Source of the DNA: a virus
Lineage: Duplodnaviria > Caudoviricetes
DNA: 44,459 bases
Direction: 5' to 3' (one strand)
IMG/VR virus record: IMGVR_UViG_3300024254_000014
Location: 1-44,459 of that record
The position numbers and the translations under genes are program-made. The notes beneath the pieces were generated by a model, which did no database searches, was not told the DNA's origin, and saw only the letters and a list, made by a program, of their open reading frames with translations. This document shows positions 34,464-43,582 of this stretch, piece by piece. Each line of letters starts with the position of its first letter. Positions within the stretch are counted from its first letter, which is position 1.

Positions 34464-34607
34464 ATGACTAAGAAAGACAAGATGCAGAAGACGATGCACG
34501 AGTACAAGGAAGGCAAGCTGCACTCCGGTTCGAAAACCGGACCCAAGGTAAAGTCGAGGAAGCAGGCCATCGCGATCGGCCTCAATCAGAAAAGGAAGGG
34601 AAAATGA
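34464..34607 (+). CDS. Small basic protein (DUF6496-like)
   Basis: MHEYKEGKLHSGSKTGPKVKSRKQAIAIGL; SD GGAGG. Confidence 0.75.
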   Translation: MTKKDKMQKTMHEYKEGKLHSGSKTGPKVKSRKQAIAIGLNQKRKGK

Positions 34608-34837
34608 AAACCTACTGGGACGATCTTCCTCTTGGCGTTGATTTTCCAGCAGAAGCCAAACCATCTATCAATGTAAGTCATATTGACGGACCAGTGTTGA
34701 CCTTTCGTGACGGACAAATGCACTGGTTGAACTTTTGGGAGCGCTTTCTTTTTTATTTTGGATGGACTGATGCTGAGAGATTGGAGCGTAAACACAGGCC
34801 ACATCTCGCTTGGTTGTTGGAACGCAGACGTGCTTGA
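34604..34837 (+). CDS. Hypothetical protein
   Basis: SD AAGGAAGG; ATGA coupling. Confidence 0.65.
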   Translation: MKTYWDDLPLGVDFPAEAKPSINVSHIDGPVLTFRDGQMHWLNFWERFLFYFGWTDAERLERKHRPHLAWLLERRRA

Positions 34838-36839
34838 CGTAGCTTCCCTCACCCCACTGGAACAGGCGGTCATTCGCCTGTCCCCTCAAGTCAACCCATA
34901 CAACGCTCATAGGGTGCTCTTTGCCCATCGCCATCCGAACGAAACGCCGGATTTCCACTTTGACATCATCCGCGACCTACATGGAGAAAGTCGAAGACTT
35001 CTGTTCCTTGCTTTCCGTGGCGCAGCAAAAAGCACTCTTGCTGAGGAAGCCATCACGATCGGAGCTTGCTGGCGACGTTTTCGCAATCATATCATCATTG
35101 GAGAAAGCGCAACTCGTGCTTGCGAGCGTCTTGCGTCAGTTAAGCACGAACTCGATTTTAACCCGTACATCCGCGCCATCTTCGGAGACCTTCACGGTCC
35201 CGTCTGGAACGAAGACAAAGTTGTCCTCAATAACGGAGTCGTCATCCAAGCTTTCGGACGAGGGCAGTCTCTCCGTGGCACTAAACACGATGACCAGCGG
35301 CCTGACTGTTGCCTTATCGACGACATCGAGGACGAAGAAAGCGTAAGCTCCCCCGAGCAGCGGGAGAAGACGCGGCAATGGTTGATGCGAACGCTGGTGC
35401 CGGCGCTGGCGCCCGACGCCAAGGTTCACATCCTGGCCAACCTGCTGGACCCCGATTGTCTTGCTGCGTGGCTGGAGAAGAACGGGGGGTGGACGGTCCA
35501 CCGGTACCCTTGGGAGTACATTGACGAAGCGGGGTACCGTCGAGCGACATGGCCGTCACGATTTCCTCTAGAGCACATCGACTTTCGCAAGGACGAATTC
35601 ATGCGCTCGGGAATGCTCAACGAGTACATGCAGGAATTCATGGTCGAGGCGGTCGATCCGTCCACACGCGTTTTCACGCGAGCCATGTTCAAGGTCGAGC
35701 CGATCGTGCGTACTTGGCATCCGACGTATGCGATGTACGATCCGGCGCGGACGGTCAAGGCTTCATCGGCGCATACGGGAAAGGTGGTGTTCTCATGGGT
35801 TGGGACCAAGCTGATAGTGTGGGACGCTTCGGGGGAATTGTGGATGCCGGACAAGATCATCGAGGACATCTTCCAGACGTGGGAGGAGTACAGCCCCATC
35901 AAGATCGGGATCGAGAAGGAAGGGCTGGAGGAGTTTATCCTGCAGCCCTTACGGGCCGAGCAGACACGGAGGCAACAGATTATCCCTGTCGTAACTCTCC
36001 CTGCGCCTGCTGGCAAATTGGCCTTCATCCGGTCGTTGCAGCCATTTTTCGTGAGCGGAGAGGTTACTTTTGCAAAAGAGCTGCCTACGTTGCAGCAGCA
36101 GTTGTTAAGCTTTCCGACCGGAAGGATCGACGTGCCTAACGCGCTGGCTTATGCCTTGCGCATGCGTCCTGGGTTAGCTATCTATGACAACTTCGGTTTC
36201 AACAACGTAGTGGACGACTTGGATGTTCAACGCAACACGGCATGCTATCTTGCGGTCAATGCTACCCGACTCTACACCACTGGCGCCCTATGTCAGCTCG
36301 TCGGGGGTGTCATACGTGTTGTGGGGAGCTACGTTGCGGAAGGGGAGCCAGGAGTCTCATTTGCGGACGTGGTTGAGAGTGCTCGCTTACTGGCCGGGGG
36401 AAAGGTTGTGGTATATTCCCCTGCGGAGCACTGGGGAGCCTATGACAGCATTGGACTTCGAGCCGCAGCATCACGGGAGGGCGTTAGACTTTCTATGGGG
36501 GGTTCAATTGCAATGGGCCGAGAAGAAACCCGCAAGCGACTGGAGAGCCTTGCGCACGGCCAGCCTGCGCTGGTGGTATCGTCGGGGGCATCGTGGGCTC
36601 TGAACGCCTTTGCAGGGGGCTACGCGGCTTCCATCGTCAAGGGTGGCCCGGTCAGCGGGGCGGCTGAGGAGGGCGTCTACAAGGTTCTTATGGAGGGTTT
36701 TGAGGCTTTCATGGCCGTTGCTGGGCAGTCTTTGGGGTCTGGCGACGATCGGCCGAACTATGCTATAGACGGTGCTTCGGGCCGGCGCTATCTGACTGCG
36801 CGTCCGCAAGTTCAAGCTAGCACTGAGACTAAGATTTGA
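34830..36839 (+). CDS. terL: Terminase large subunit with C-terminal extension
   Basis: Walker A AFRGAAKST, GQSLRG, Walker B CLIDDIED, YMQEF, nuclease MYDPA, IGIE, FPTGRIDVPNALAY. Confidence 0.9.
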   Translation: MLDVASLTPLEQAVIRLSPQVNPYNAHRVLFAHRHPNETPDFHFDIIRDLHGESRRLLFLAFRGAAKSTLAEEAITIGACWRRFRNHIIIGESATRACERLASVKHELDFNPYIRAIFGDLHGPVWNEDKVVLNNGVVIQAFGRGQSLRGTKHDDQRPDCCLIDDIEDEESVSSPEQREKTRQWLMRTLVPALAPDAKVHILANLLDPDCLAAWLEKNGGWTVHRYPWEYIDEAGYRRATWPSRFPLEHIDFRKDEFMRSGMLNEYMQEFMVEAVDPSTRVFTRAMFKVEPIVRTWHPTYAMYDPARTVKASSAHTGKVVFSWVGTKLIVWDASGELWMPDKIIEDIFQTWEEYSPIKIGIEKEGLEEFILQPLRAEQTRRQQIIPVVTLPAPAGKLAFIRSLQPFFVSGEVTFAKELPTLQQQLLSFPTGRIDVPNALAYALRMRPGLAIYDNFGFNNVVDDLDVQRNTACYLAVNATRLYTTGALCQLVGGVIRVVGSYVAEGEPGVSFADVVESARLLAGGKVVVYSPAEHWGAYDSIGLRAAASREGVRLSMGGSIAMGREETRKRLESLAHGQPALVVSSGASWALNAFAGGYAASIVKGGPVSGAAEEGVYKVLMEGFEAFMAVAGQSLGSGDDRPNYAIDGASGRRYLTARPQVQASTETKI

Positions 36840-37423
36840 TGCGTGTGCTCGTGGCTTGTGAGTTTTCCGGAGTTGTGCGCAGGGCTTTCAGGGAGCGAAG
36901 GCATGACGCCTGGTCTTGTGATCTTATGGTGGCTGAAGATCAATCTATGGCCCACTTCCAATGTGATTGTCGAGAAGTGCTACACCTTGGGTGGGACTTG
37001 CTCATTGCCCATCCCCCTTGCACTTATCTTGCGTCTAGTGGGGCTCGGTGGTTCAAAGAGCCAGATAGACAGATCGCGCAAAGAGAGGCAGTGGACTTTT
37101 TCATCCAGGTGGCTTCTGCTCCGGTTGAACGAATTGCACTTGAAAATCCCATTGGGATTCTTTCTACAGTTTTGAGGAAGCCGGATCAGATCGTGCAGCC
37201 GTGGTGGTTCGGGCATCCTGAGACCAAGGCAACCTGCTTGTGGCTCAAGGGTTTGCCTTTGCTGCAGCCTACGCGTATAGTACCCGGTCGTGAGCCGCGA
37301 TGCCATCGGGAAGCTCCCAGTCCTGACCGTTGGAAGCGCCGGTCGCGTACCTACGAAGGAGTTGCAGCCGCGATGGCTGCCCAATGGGGTTGCCTGGATG
37401 GCGAAACGAAAATCCAAGGATGA
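36839..37423 (+). CDS. Short C5-cytosine methyltransferase-like protein
   Basis: VLVACEFSG (motif I-like), AHPPCT (PC), ENP, QPWWFG, C-terminal RSRTYEGVAAAMAAQWG. Confidence 0.75.
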   Translation: MRVLVACEFSGVVRRAFRERRHDAWSCDLMVAEDQSMAHFQCDCREVLHLGWDLLIAHPPCTYLASSGARWFKEPDRQIAQREAVDFFIQVASAPVERIALENPIGILSTVLRKPDQIVQPWWFGHPETKATCLWLKGLPLLQPTRIVPGREPRCHREAPSPDRWKRRSRTYEGVAAAMAAQWGCLDGETKIQG

Positions 37424-39680
37424 CGTAAATTATACGGACCTTGCGGCTGATCCTACCGAGCAATGTCAGGGCTGCAAATTTTTCATCAATGGTGAAGCCT
37501 GCGCCAAGGTCATGGGCGCCATTGCGCCTGAAGGGTGGTGCGAGCTTTATGCTGAGAAGGAAGACGTAAAGGATCGCAATCGCGAGCTGGGGGGTAACGA
37601 GAAGATTCGCGAGGCGGTCCTGAAGCTGGCGAAGCGTGTTGACAAGGCGTTCATGGATCAGTGGGAGCGGGGCAACGATCAGTGCGACTACTGGGATATT
37701 TACAACACTGTTCTAGGCGTCAAACAGGGTTACTCCGGCAACTCGCAGATTTACGTTCCCATTGTCAAGGAAGCCATAGACGCGCGCAAGACGCGGTTCG
37801 TCAATCAGATTTTTCCCCGGTCGCAGCGCAATGTCGAGTGTATCACATCCGACGAGAAGCCTTACCACGTCATGGCTCTCTTGGAGCACTACATTAGGAA
37901 GACAAAGCTTCGCACGCAGATCATGCCAGCGTTGATGATCAATGGGGACATTGAGGGGCAGTACAATATTTACGTGGGATGGTCGGACAGTGAACGGCAT
38001 GTGGTGTACCGGACCAAGGCGAAGGCTGAGATCGAAGGCGAGGAGGTTGAGAACATCGACCCCGACGCGGACGACGACATGGAAACGGCCGTGGTGGTAC
38101 ACCAGGGGCCGACCGTGGAGGTTCTTTCTGATACTGACGTGGTTGTGGTTCCTGTGTCTGCTTCCTCTGTGGGTGATGCTCTTGCTAAGGGCGGGGTGGT
38201 AGCGATCAAGCGTATCTGGTCTAAAGAACGCTTGAAGCAGGCGGTTGACGATGGGGAGATCGACGAGGAAGTTGGCGAGTTTTTGGAGAAGGATATTGCT
38301 GCCTATGGCACGGGGCAGGATGGTGACCCTAAGACGGCTAAGAAGCATATTGATGCTGCCGGTATCATGTCTGATAAGGACGGTGAATCAATTGTCATCT
38401 ATGAAATGTTTGCGCGTTTGAAGGTGGATGGCGAGCGGCGGCTGTGCAGGATTTATTATGCTGGTGGTGTCGAGGGAGAGGAGCGTATCCCAAGTGTACG
38501 GCTTAATCCTTTTTGGAATGATAAGTGTCCGTTGCTTTCTGCAGCGCAGAACAAGCTGAGTGGATCGTTTAAGGGGGCCTCTAAGATTGAGGCGGTGGAC
38601 AAGCTCCAGTACGGCGCGAACGATGTGGTAAACGAGGGGTGGGACAGCGCTGCGTACGCCCTTCTTCCCATCATCATGACCGACCCGACGAAGAATCCTC
38701 GCACAGGGTCGATGGTTCTCAATCTCGCGGCGATTTGGGAGACAAGCCCAAATGATACAAAGTTCGCTCAGTTTCCTCCGCTATGGAAGGATGCTTTCTC
38801 GATTGTTGCCTCTGCGAAACAAGAAATATTTCAGGTTCTATCCGTCTCTCCTGCAGCGATTGCGCAGTCTACAGGACAGAAGACTAAGCGAAATCAAGCA
38901 GAGATAGCAAATGAACAGCAAGTTGACATTCTCAGCACAGCCGACGTATGTACAAACATTGAGGATGAAATTCTTACCCCTCTCCTGCGGTGGTTCGTAG
39001 ACCTCGACCATCAATTTCGGGAGAACGCTATTACCGTTCGGGAGTACGGTCAGATGGGGCTCGCGGCTCGGATGGAGGAAATACCTCCTATCGAGAGCAA
39101 TCGTCGGTTTGAATTTAGATGGTTTGGGGTGGAAGCGGCACGGAATGCGCAAGCTATCCAGATGCAAATAAGCGCAATGAACGTCATCAAGGGCATTCCG
39201 CCGGATCAGTACAAGGGGCACGAGATCAACTTGGTGCCTGTGATAAGTCTGTTGGTAGAGAACGCTTTTGGTTCTCGACTGGCGCCTGAGATTTTCAGGG
39301 ACTTGAAGTCCAAGCTGTCTATGGCTCCTGACGAGGAGAATAAGTATCTTATGATGGGGCTCGCTTTGCCTGTGCATGAGCTGGACGAAGATCAGAAGCA
39401 CATGCAAGAGCACATGCAGGCCATGGAGAACGGCGACCCCACGGGGGCGGTGCGCGAGCATATGATGCTGCATCGGTTCCAGATGGAAAAGAAGATGCAG
39501 GCGCAGATGGCTCAGATGATGCAGATGCAGCGTGGCCCTGGCGGTCCTCCTGGCGGTCCGCCGGGCGGTGGTGGTCCGAGGCAGGGCGCTGCACCGGGTG
39601 CGCCACGAGGTGGGCAGGGGCCGGCTGGCGCAATTCATCAGGATAGGCTACAAGATGCTTCAGCAGCTCCAAGGAGATAG
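37398..39680 (+). CDS. Portal protein with N-terminal HiPIP-like domain
   Basis: 760 aa between terL and scaffold; helical/beta portal-like body, Q/M/G/P-rich tail; N-terminal CQGC-x8-C-x12-C. Confidence 0.85.
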   Translation: MAKRKSKDDVNYTDLAADPTEQCQGCKFFINGEACAKVMGAIAPEGWCELYAEKEDVKDRNRELGGNEKIREAVLKLAKRVDKAFMDQWERGNDQCDYWDIYNTVLGVKQGYSGNSQIYVPIVKEAIDARKTRFVNQIFPRSQRNVECITSDEKPYHVMALLEHYIRKTKLRTQIMPALMINGDIEGQYNIYVGWSDSERHVVYRTKAKAEIEGEEVENIDPDADDDMETAVVVHQGPTVEVLSDTDVVVVPVSASSVGDALAKGGVVAIKRIWSKERLKQAVDDGEIDEEVGEFLEKDIAAYGTGQDGDPKTAKKHIDAAGIMSDKDGESIVIYEMFARLKVDGERRLCRIYYAGGVEGEERIPSVRLNPFWNDKCPLLSAAQNKLSGSFKGASKIEAVDKLQYGANDVVNEGWDSAAYALLPIIMTDPTKNPRTGSMVLNLAAIWETSPNDTKFAQFPPLWKDAFSIVASAKQEIFQVLSVSPAAIAQSTGQKTKRNQAEIANEQQVDILSTADVCTNIEDEILTPLLRWFVDLDHQFRENAITVREYGQMGLAARMEEIPPIESNRRFEFRWFGVEAARNAQAIQMQISAMNVIKGIPPDQYKGHEINLVPVISLLVENAFGSRLAPEIFRDLKSKLSMAPDEENKYLMMGLALPVHELDEDQKHMQEHMQAMENGDPTGAVREHMMLHRFQMEKKMQAQMAQMMQMQRGPGGPPGGPPGGGGPRQGAAPGAPRGGQGPAGAIHQDRLQDASAAPRR

Positions 39681-39683
39681 ATG

Positions 39684-40097
39684 ATGCGTTGGGCTTTAAC
39701 ACTCCTCCTTTCGTTGCTTTGTTGGCCGGCTTGGGCGCAACCGCTTGGCGCTTTTGGTTGCACTAATGCACAGGTATCTACTTGCCAATTGAAGACGGCG
39801 GCAGGGCAACTTTTTGATTTTCAGGTTAGCAATGTCAGTGGCACGGCGACCTGGGCATTTGTCATGGATACAGCGGCGGTGCCGGTGAACGGCACGATCG
39901 CGGGGTGCTCCGTGAGTGCACAGGCCCCCTGCCTGTTGAAGGCTTACCAGTTGAGTACGACAGGATCAACAATGGGGGCGATGTGGACACCTTCGTCAGT
40001 TCTTTTCTTTGCTGGGCTTGTTATCGCATGCTCAACAACTGCGCCGCCTACGTTGACTCTTAGCGCGACGTGTTTCATGTCGGGAGAGACACAATGA
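39684..40097 (+). CDS. Secreted beta-sandwich protein, possible head/appendage component
   Basis: Signal peptide MRWALTLLLSLLCWPAWA; 6 Cys in the mature part. Confidence 0.7.
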   Translation: MRWALTLLLSLLCWPAWAQPLGAFGCTNAQVSTCQLKTAAGQLFDFQVSNVSGTATWAFVMDTAAVPVNGTIAGCSVSAQAPCLLKAYQLSTTGSTMGAMWTPSSVLFFAGLVIACSTTAPPTLTLSATCFMSGETQ

Positions 40098-41023
40098 GAT
40101 GGTTATTTGCGGCGCTTTTAATCCTCATTGCGGGAATTGCTGCACAGGGTGAGCTGATTACAACGAGTACAGGTGGTGGTGGCGGAACCTTCCCTCCTGC
40201 TGGATGTGTGACTGCGAATGCTGTCATATTCAACAATGCAACGCCATGTGACGCTGGACTGGTAAAGGTTGCCGGTGCGACTGGGCAAGTGACATCGGGC
40301 GGAAATATCCTGTTGAGCGGCGCTTCGTATCTTACGAGTGACCATGCTTTTCCCAGCGCGATCAATTTGAATAATTCTGCCGTAGGTTTTGCCAGGCTTG
40401 CAACGCCTACTACGCTGCTGGCAGCGGCAGGGGACTTCGGCAATGGGCAGGCCGGGTTTTTTGCACGATCGGCTTCCTGTTATTGGATTTCAAGCCAGAC
40501 TGATGCCTCGGGGACGATTGACACGGGTCTTTGTCGGCAAGGGGCTGGCGTTCTTGAAGTTAGCACTACTACTCCCAATGCTGCCGGTAGTTTATTGACA
40601 ACCGGGCTTACAGCAAGTGGCACGGTTACTTTTAGCGGCTTGGGTACAGGAACGAACGCGGATTTTTTATGTCTTTCCGCTGGGGGTGTCGTACTAATAC
40701 AAGCGTCAGCCTGTACGATTTCTTCTCTTAGGTTCAAATCAGATTGGAAATTGTTCGAAGAAGACGCTATTGCGTATGTACGCCGACTTGACGTAGGAAC
40801 TTTTCATTTTGATAGTACAAACCAAAGTGATCCTAATGGCAGTAGTTTACAAGTTGGGTTGAACGCTGAGAATGTGGCAAGTGTTATCCCAGAAGCCGCC
40901 ATATATGAAAACGATATGAAGACCCCAAAATCATATCGTCAAGAGAGTGTCATAGCTATTTTAGTTAAAGCTTTGCAACAACAGCAGAGTGAAATAGACG
41001 AATTGAAAAGAAAGCTACGTTGA
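40094..41023 (+). CDS. Fibre protein with signal peptide and C-terminal intramolecular chaperone (peptidase S74-like)
   Basis: MRWLFAALLILIAGIAAQG; SSLRFK...GLNAENV..VIPE...LVKALQQQQSEIDELK; 6 Cys. Confidence 0.8.
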   Translation: MRWLFAALLILIAGIAAQGELITTSTGGGGGTFPPAGCVTANAVIFNNATPCDAGLVKVAGATGQVTSGGNILLSGASYLTSDHAFPSAINLNNSAVGFARLATPTTLLAAAGDFGNGQAGFFARSASCYWISSQTDASGTIDTGLCRQGAGVLEVSTTTPNAAGSLLTTGLTASGTVTFSGLGTGTNADFLCLSAGGVVLIQASACTISSLRFKSDWKLFEEDAIAYVRRLDVGTFHFDSTNQSDPNGSSLQVGLNAENVASVIPEAAIYENDMKTPKSYRQESVIAILVKALQQQQSEIDELKRKLR

Positions 41024-43485
41024 TGACTGGGCCTGTTGGTACAGCTAAATCTGTAAGTGCTCTTAACACGGAGATATCTAGTAATATTGTTGATAATACT
41101 AGCGGATTGATTTCTCCTTCCATTCTTAGGCAGACTCTTTTAGATACGGTAGCTTCTTTTTCTAATAGTCCTTTGGACATGGGGGCTTTTGGGTTAGTCG
41201 CAGATGCCCAGTTTAATCAAGCAACTAACTACATTACTGCTACGTCGGATGGATCGGCTACGCTTACGACCTCGAATACAAATGGTGTCAAGGTCGGAGC
41301 CAATATCGCCAATATAAGCTGGCACTCGTTCGCAGCGGCGGCCGTCGGTAGCGCCGGAGTGATCCCCGTAGGGACGACCGTTCTTTCCTTTGTGGCAAAT
41401 ACCAGCATTACGTTATCAAACCCCGTCGTAGCGGCGTCAAACATATCATTGATCTGGTGGACGGAGACTCTGACGGGGACAGACAACACGGCGGCGATGC
41501 AGGCGTGTTTGGATTATGCGATGCAGAATGGGATTTCAGATATCAGGATTCCTCCTGGAAGATACCTTATAAGTGACACGCTTCAGGCCGGATGGGGAGA
41601 TTCCTTTTATGAGCTTCATATTTTAGGCACGGACAGGTTTTCCTATCAGGGCGCGTACCCCGGCGTTGTCATCTATTCGACCAAGACGGATCGTCCGGTT
41701 CTCAGCTTTCAGGGAATGCGGGCTGCAAGTTTGAAGGGGGTAACATTCATTGGTCGAACTCAGCAGTTCACGGACTACGCTCAGGGGTTTTCCAATCTTC
41801 TGTCGAGTGATCCTCTTGATTGGATTGATCCCAGGTTCGTTCCGTCCGGGAACAACCCTGGGGGTATTCAACAGCACGCCCCGTATGCAGGAGTTACGGT
41901 AGATGCCTTTTGCGGCACTAAGCCGGTCTCTGGTGGAGCGTACCCTGATCGGACATACCCGGCATGGGTGATCGCCAACGGCTATAGCGTTCAATACAAC
42001 AGCGTTCATCAGAGCAGTGACATTCTCATACAGGATTGTTCGTTTCAGGGATTTGGGGTTAATACAGTTTCTGGTCTTAACACCGATTCCCAAGGAGATT
42101 TTTTTAAGCAAAGTAGATGCTTTATGTCGTCTTGTGTTTATGGAACATCGATTTGCAACAACCAATCGAGAAACATAGAGTTTGAAAATATTACGGCGGC
42201 TCGTTACCACACTTTATTTTCCGGTACGAATTTGGGTCAACAGGACGGAGAAGTTGTCGGTCCGCTCAACAACATATCCGGTGGAGATGCCTATCAATTC
42301 TTCGATTTTCAAAACTTGTCTATATCGGGAAATTTGTTGATCTCCAATATCTACTGTGAAAACCAGATAAGAATAGGAAACTTTGTAGGTGGAACGTCGT
42401 TCCCAGGGTCTATTTTACTCAGGGGCGGCCTCATCAATCTGCAGAACACGAACGGCCAGATACCGGACTCGTACATAACGAGTGGGCAGTTCGGCAGTAT
42501 CTACATGAAGGGGGTTCAGGTTAATGGCCATTTGAGAATTGCCAATTTCATCAAGGGGGGTGGAACGCTCACGATCGAGGGCGGGGGGCTTCTAGGTGCG
42601 CAAAAAACTCCGGCCACTGCTGCGCAACAGCAAGCGATAAATTACTGCGGCGGATTCCTGATGGGTGATATCAGGTTCAATGCGTCAAATAATAGGAACT
42701 ATCGCGTAAGGAACTGCCTTGGATCGTATTATGCGACTGTAAGTGGGACGATTACTTCGTACACACATGATGCGCAAGTCAGCTACAGGTCATCAGCCGG
42801 AGCGTTGACGCGGGCGCCGATGACACAAGGGGCCACGGAGTATACGGACCAGATCAAGCGACAGTGGAAAATTACGGTTCCGAATGAAAATACTTTCAAC
42901 TTTGCGAGCTTCACCAATTCGGGACCAACTTATGCTAACGATCAGATGACTTTCGGCTATCTTCAGGCGTTTCAAGAACACGCCGACTTCATGTATCATC
43001 TTGCAGTGGGAGACATTCTGTTCGTTCTCAACACTTGGACCATATTCGTCGTGACGGCTGTAGGCGTGTTGGCTGGAGGGGCCTATCCGATTACGACCAT
43101 TCAGCAGAACAATCTTCAGATAGATGGAACAAATGCTTTTGTTAAGAATTTTAATTCTGACACGACGTTGGCGGGGTCGATCGTTATCATCAAGACGGGG
43201 GCCGTGATCCCTCTCACTCTTAACTATGCGACGTTTTCGAGCGGGAGTGGTAATCTCACGGCGGTTACTACCGGCGCTGCGTCGAGCATGGCAAATAACA
43301 TCGTCAACGGAGATGTGTTTTTTGGGCTTTCGCAGAGCGTAGCGGCGGGCATGCCCTATCAAAAGTGGCCAGTTGCTTCAGGATCAATCGTTTCGGCTGT
43401 CAATGATGGAGCCGGAACGGTGACGCTTAGCAAGAACGCTTTGGCCTCGGGAACATTTCCGTTGTTTCCTTATGAACTCAGGTGA
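41023..43485 (+). CDS. Tailspike / depolymerase (pectate-lyase-like beta-helix)
   Basis: FGLVAD...TDNTAAMQACLD...IRIPPGRYLISDTL; N/G/S-rich helix rungs; TGATG coupling. Confidence 0.8.
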   Translation: MTGPVGTAKSVSALNTEISSNIVDNTSGLISPSILRQTLLDTVASFSNSPLDMGAFGLVADAQFNQATNYITATSDGSATLTTSNTNGVKVGANIANISWHSFAAAAVGSAGVIPVGTTVLSFVANTSITLSNPVVAASNISLIWWTETLTGTDNTAAMQACLDYAMQNGISDIRIPPGRYLISDTLQAGWGDSFYELHILGTDRFSYQGAYPGVVIYSTKTDRPVLSFQGMRAASLKGVTFIGRTQQFTDYAQGFSNLLSSDPLDWIDPRFVPSGNNPGGIQQHAPYAGVTVDAFCGTKPVSGGAYPDRTYPAWVIANGYSVQYNSVHQSSDILIQDCSFQGFGVNTVSGLNTDSQGDFFKQSRCFMSSCVYGTSICNNQSRNIEFENITAARYHTLFSGTNLGQQDGEVVGPLNNISGGDAYQFFDFQNLSISGNLLISNIYCENQIRIGNFVGGTSFPGSILLRGGLINLQNTNGQIPDSYITSGQFGSIYMKGVQVNGHLRIANFIKGGGTLTIEGGGLLGAQKTPATAAQQQAINYCGGFLMGDIRFNASNNRNYRVRNCLGSYYATVSGTITSYTHDAQVSYRSSAGALTRAPMTQGATEYTDQIKRQWKITVPNENTFNFASFTNSGPTYANDQMTFGYLQAFQEHADFMYHLAVGDILFVLNTWTIFVVTAVGVLAGGAYPITTIQQNNLQIDGTNAFVKNFNSDTTLAGSIVIIKTGAVIPLTLNYATFSSGSGNLTAVTTGAASSMANNIVNGDVFFGLSQSVAAGMPYQKWPVASGSIVSAVNDGAGTVTLSKNALASGTFPLFPYELR

Positions 43486-43488
43486 CTA

Positions 43489-43518
43489 TTGACTTTTTTC
43501 CTGTTTTGTTCCTAAGTG
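43489..43518 (+). promoter_or_regulatory. Putative promoter for scaffold-capsid operon
   Basis: TTGACT-N18-TAAGTG; weak -10. Confidence 0.4.
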
Positions 43519-43530
43519 TCTGCTTCGCCT

Positions 43531-43576
43531 AGCGGGCGTAACCCGCTCCCGAGTTGTGCTCGTTACCGCACTGGAG
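43531..43576 (+). promoter_or_regulatory. Structured scaffold leader (two hairpins with complementary loops)
   Basis: AGCGGG/CCCGCT and GTGC/GCAC stems; GTAAC complementary to GTTAC; CTCC can pair with SD GGAG. Confidence 0.5.
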
Positions 43577-43582
43577 AGTAAA

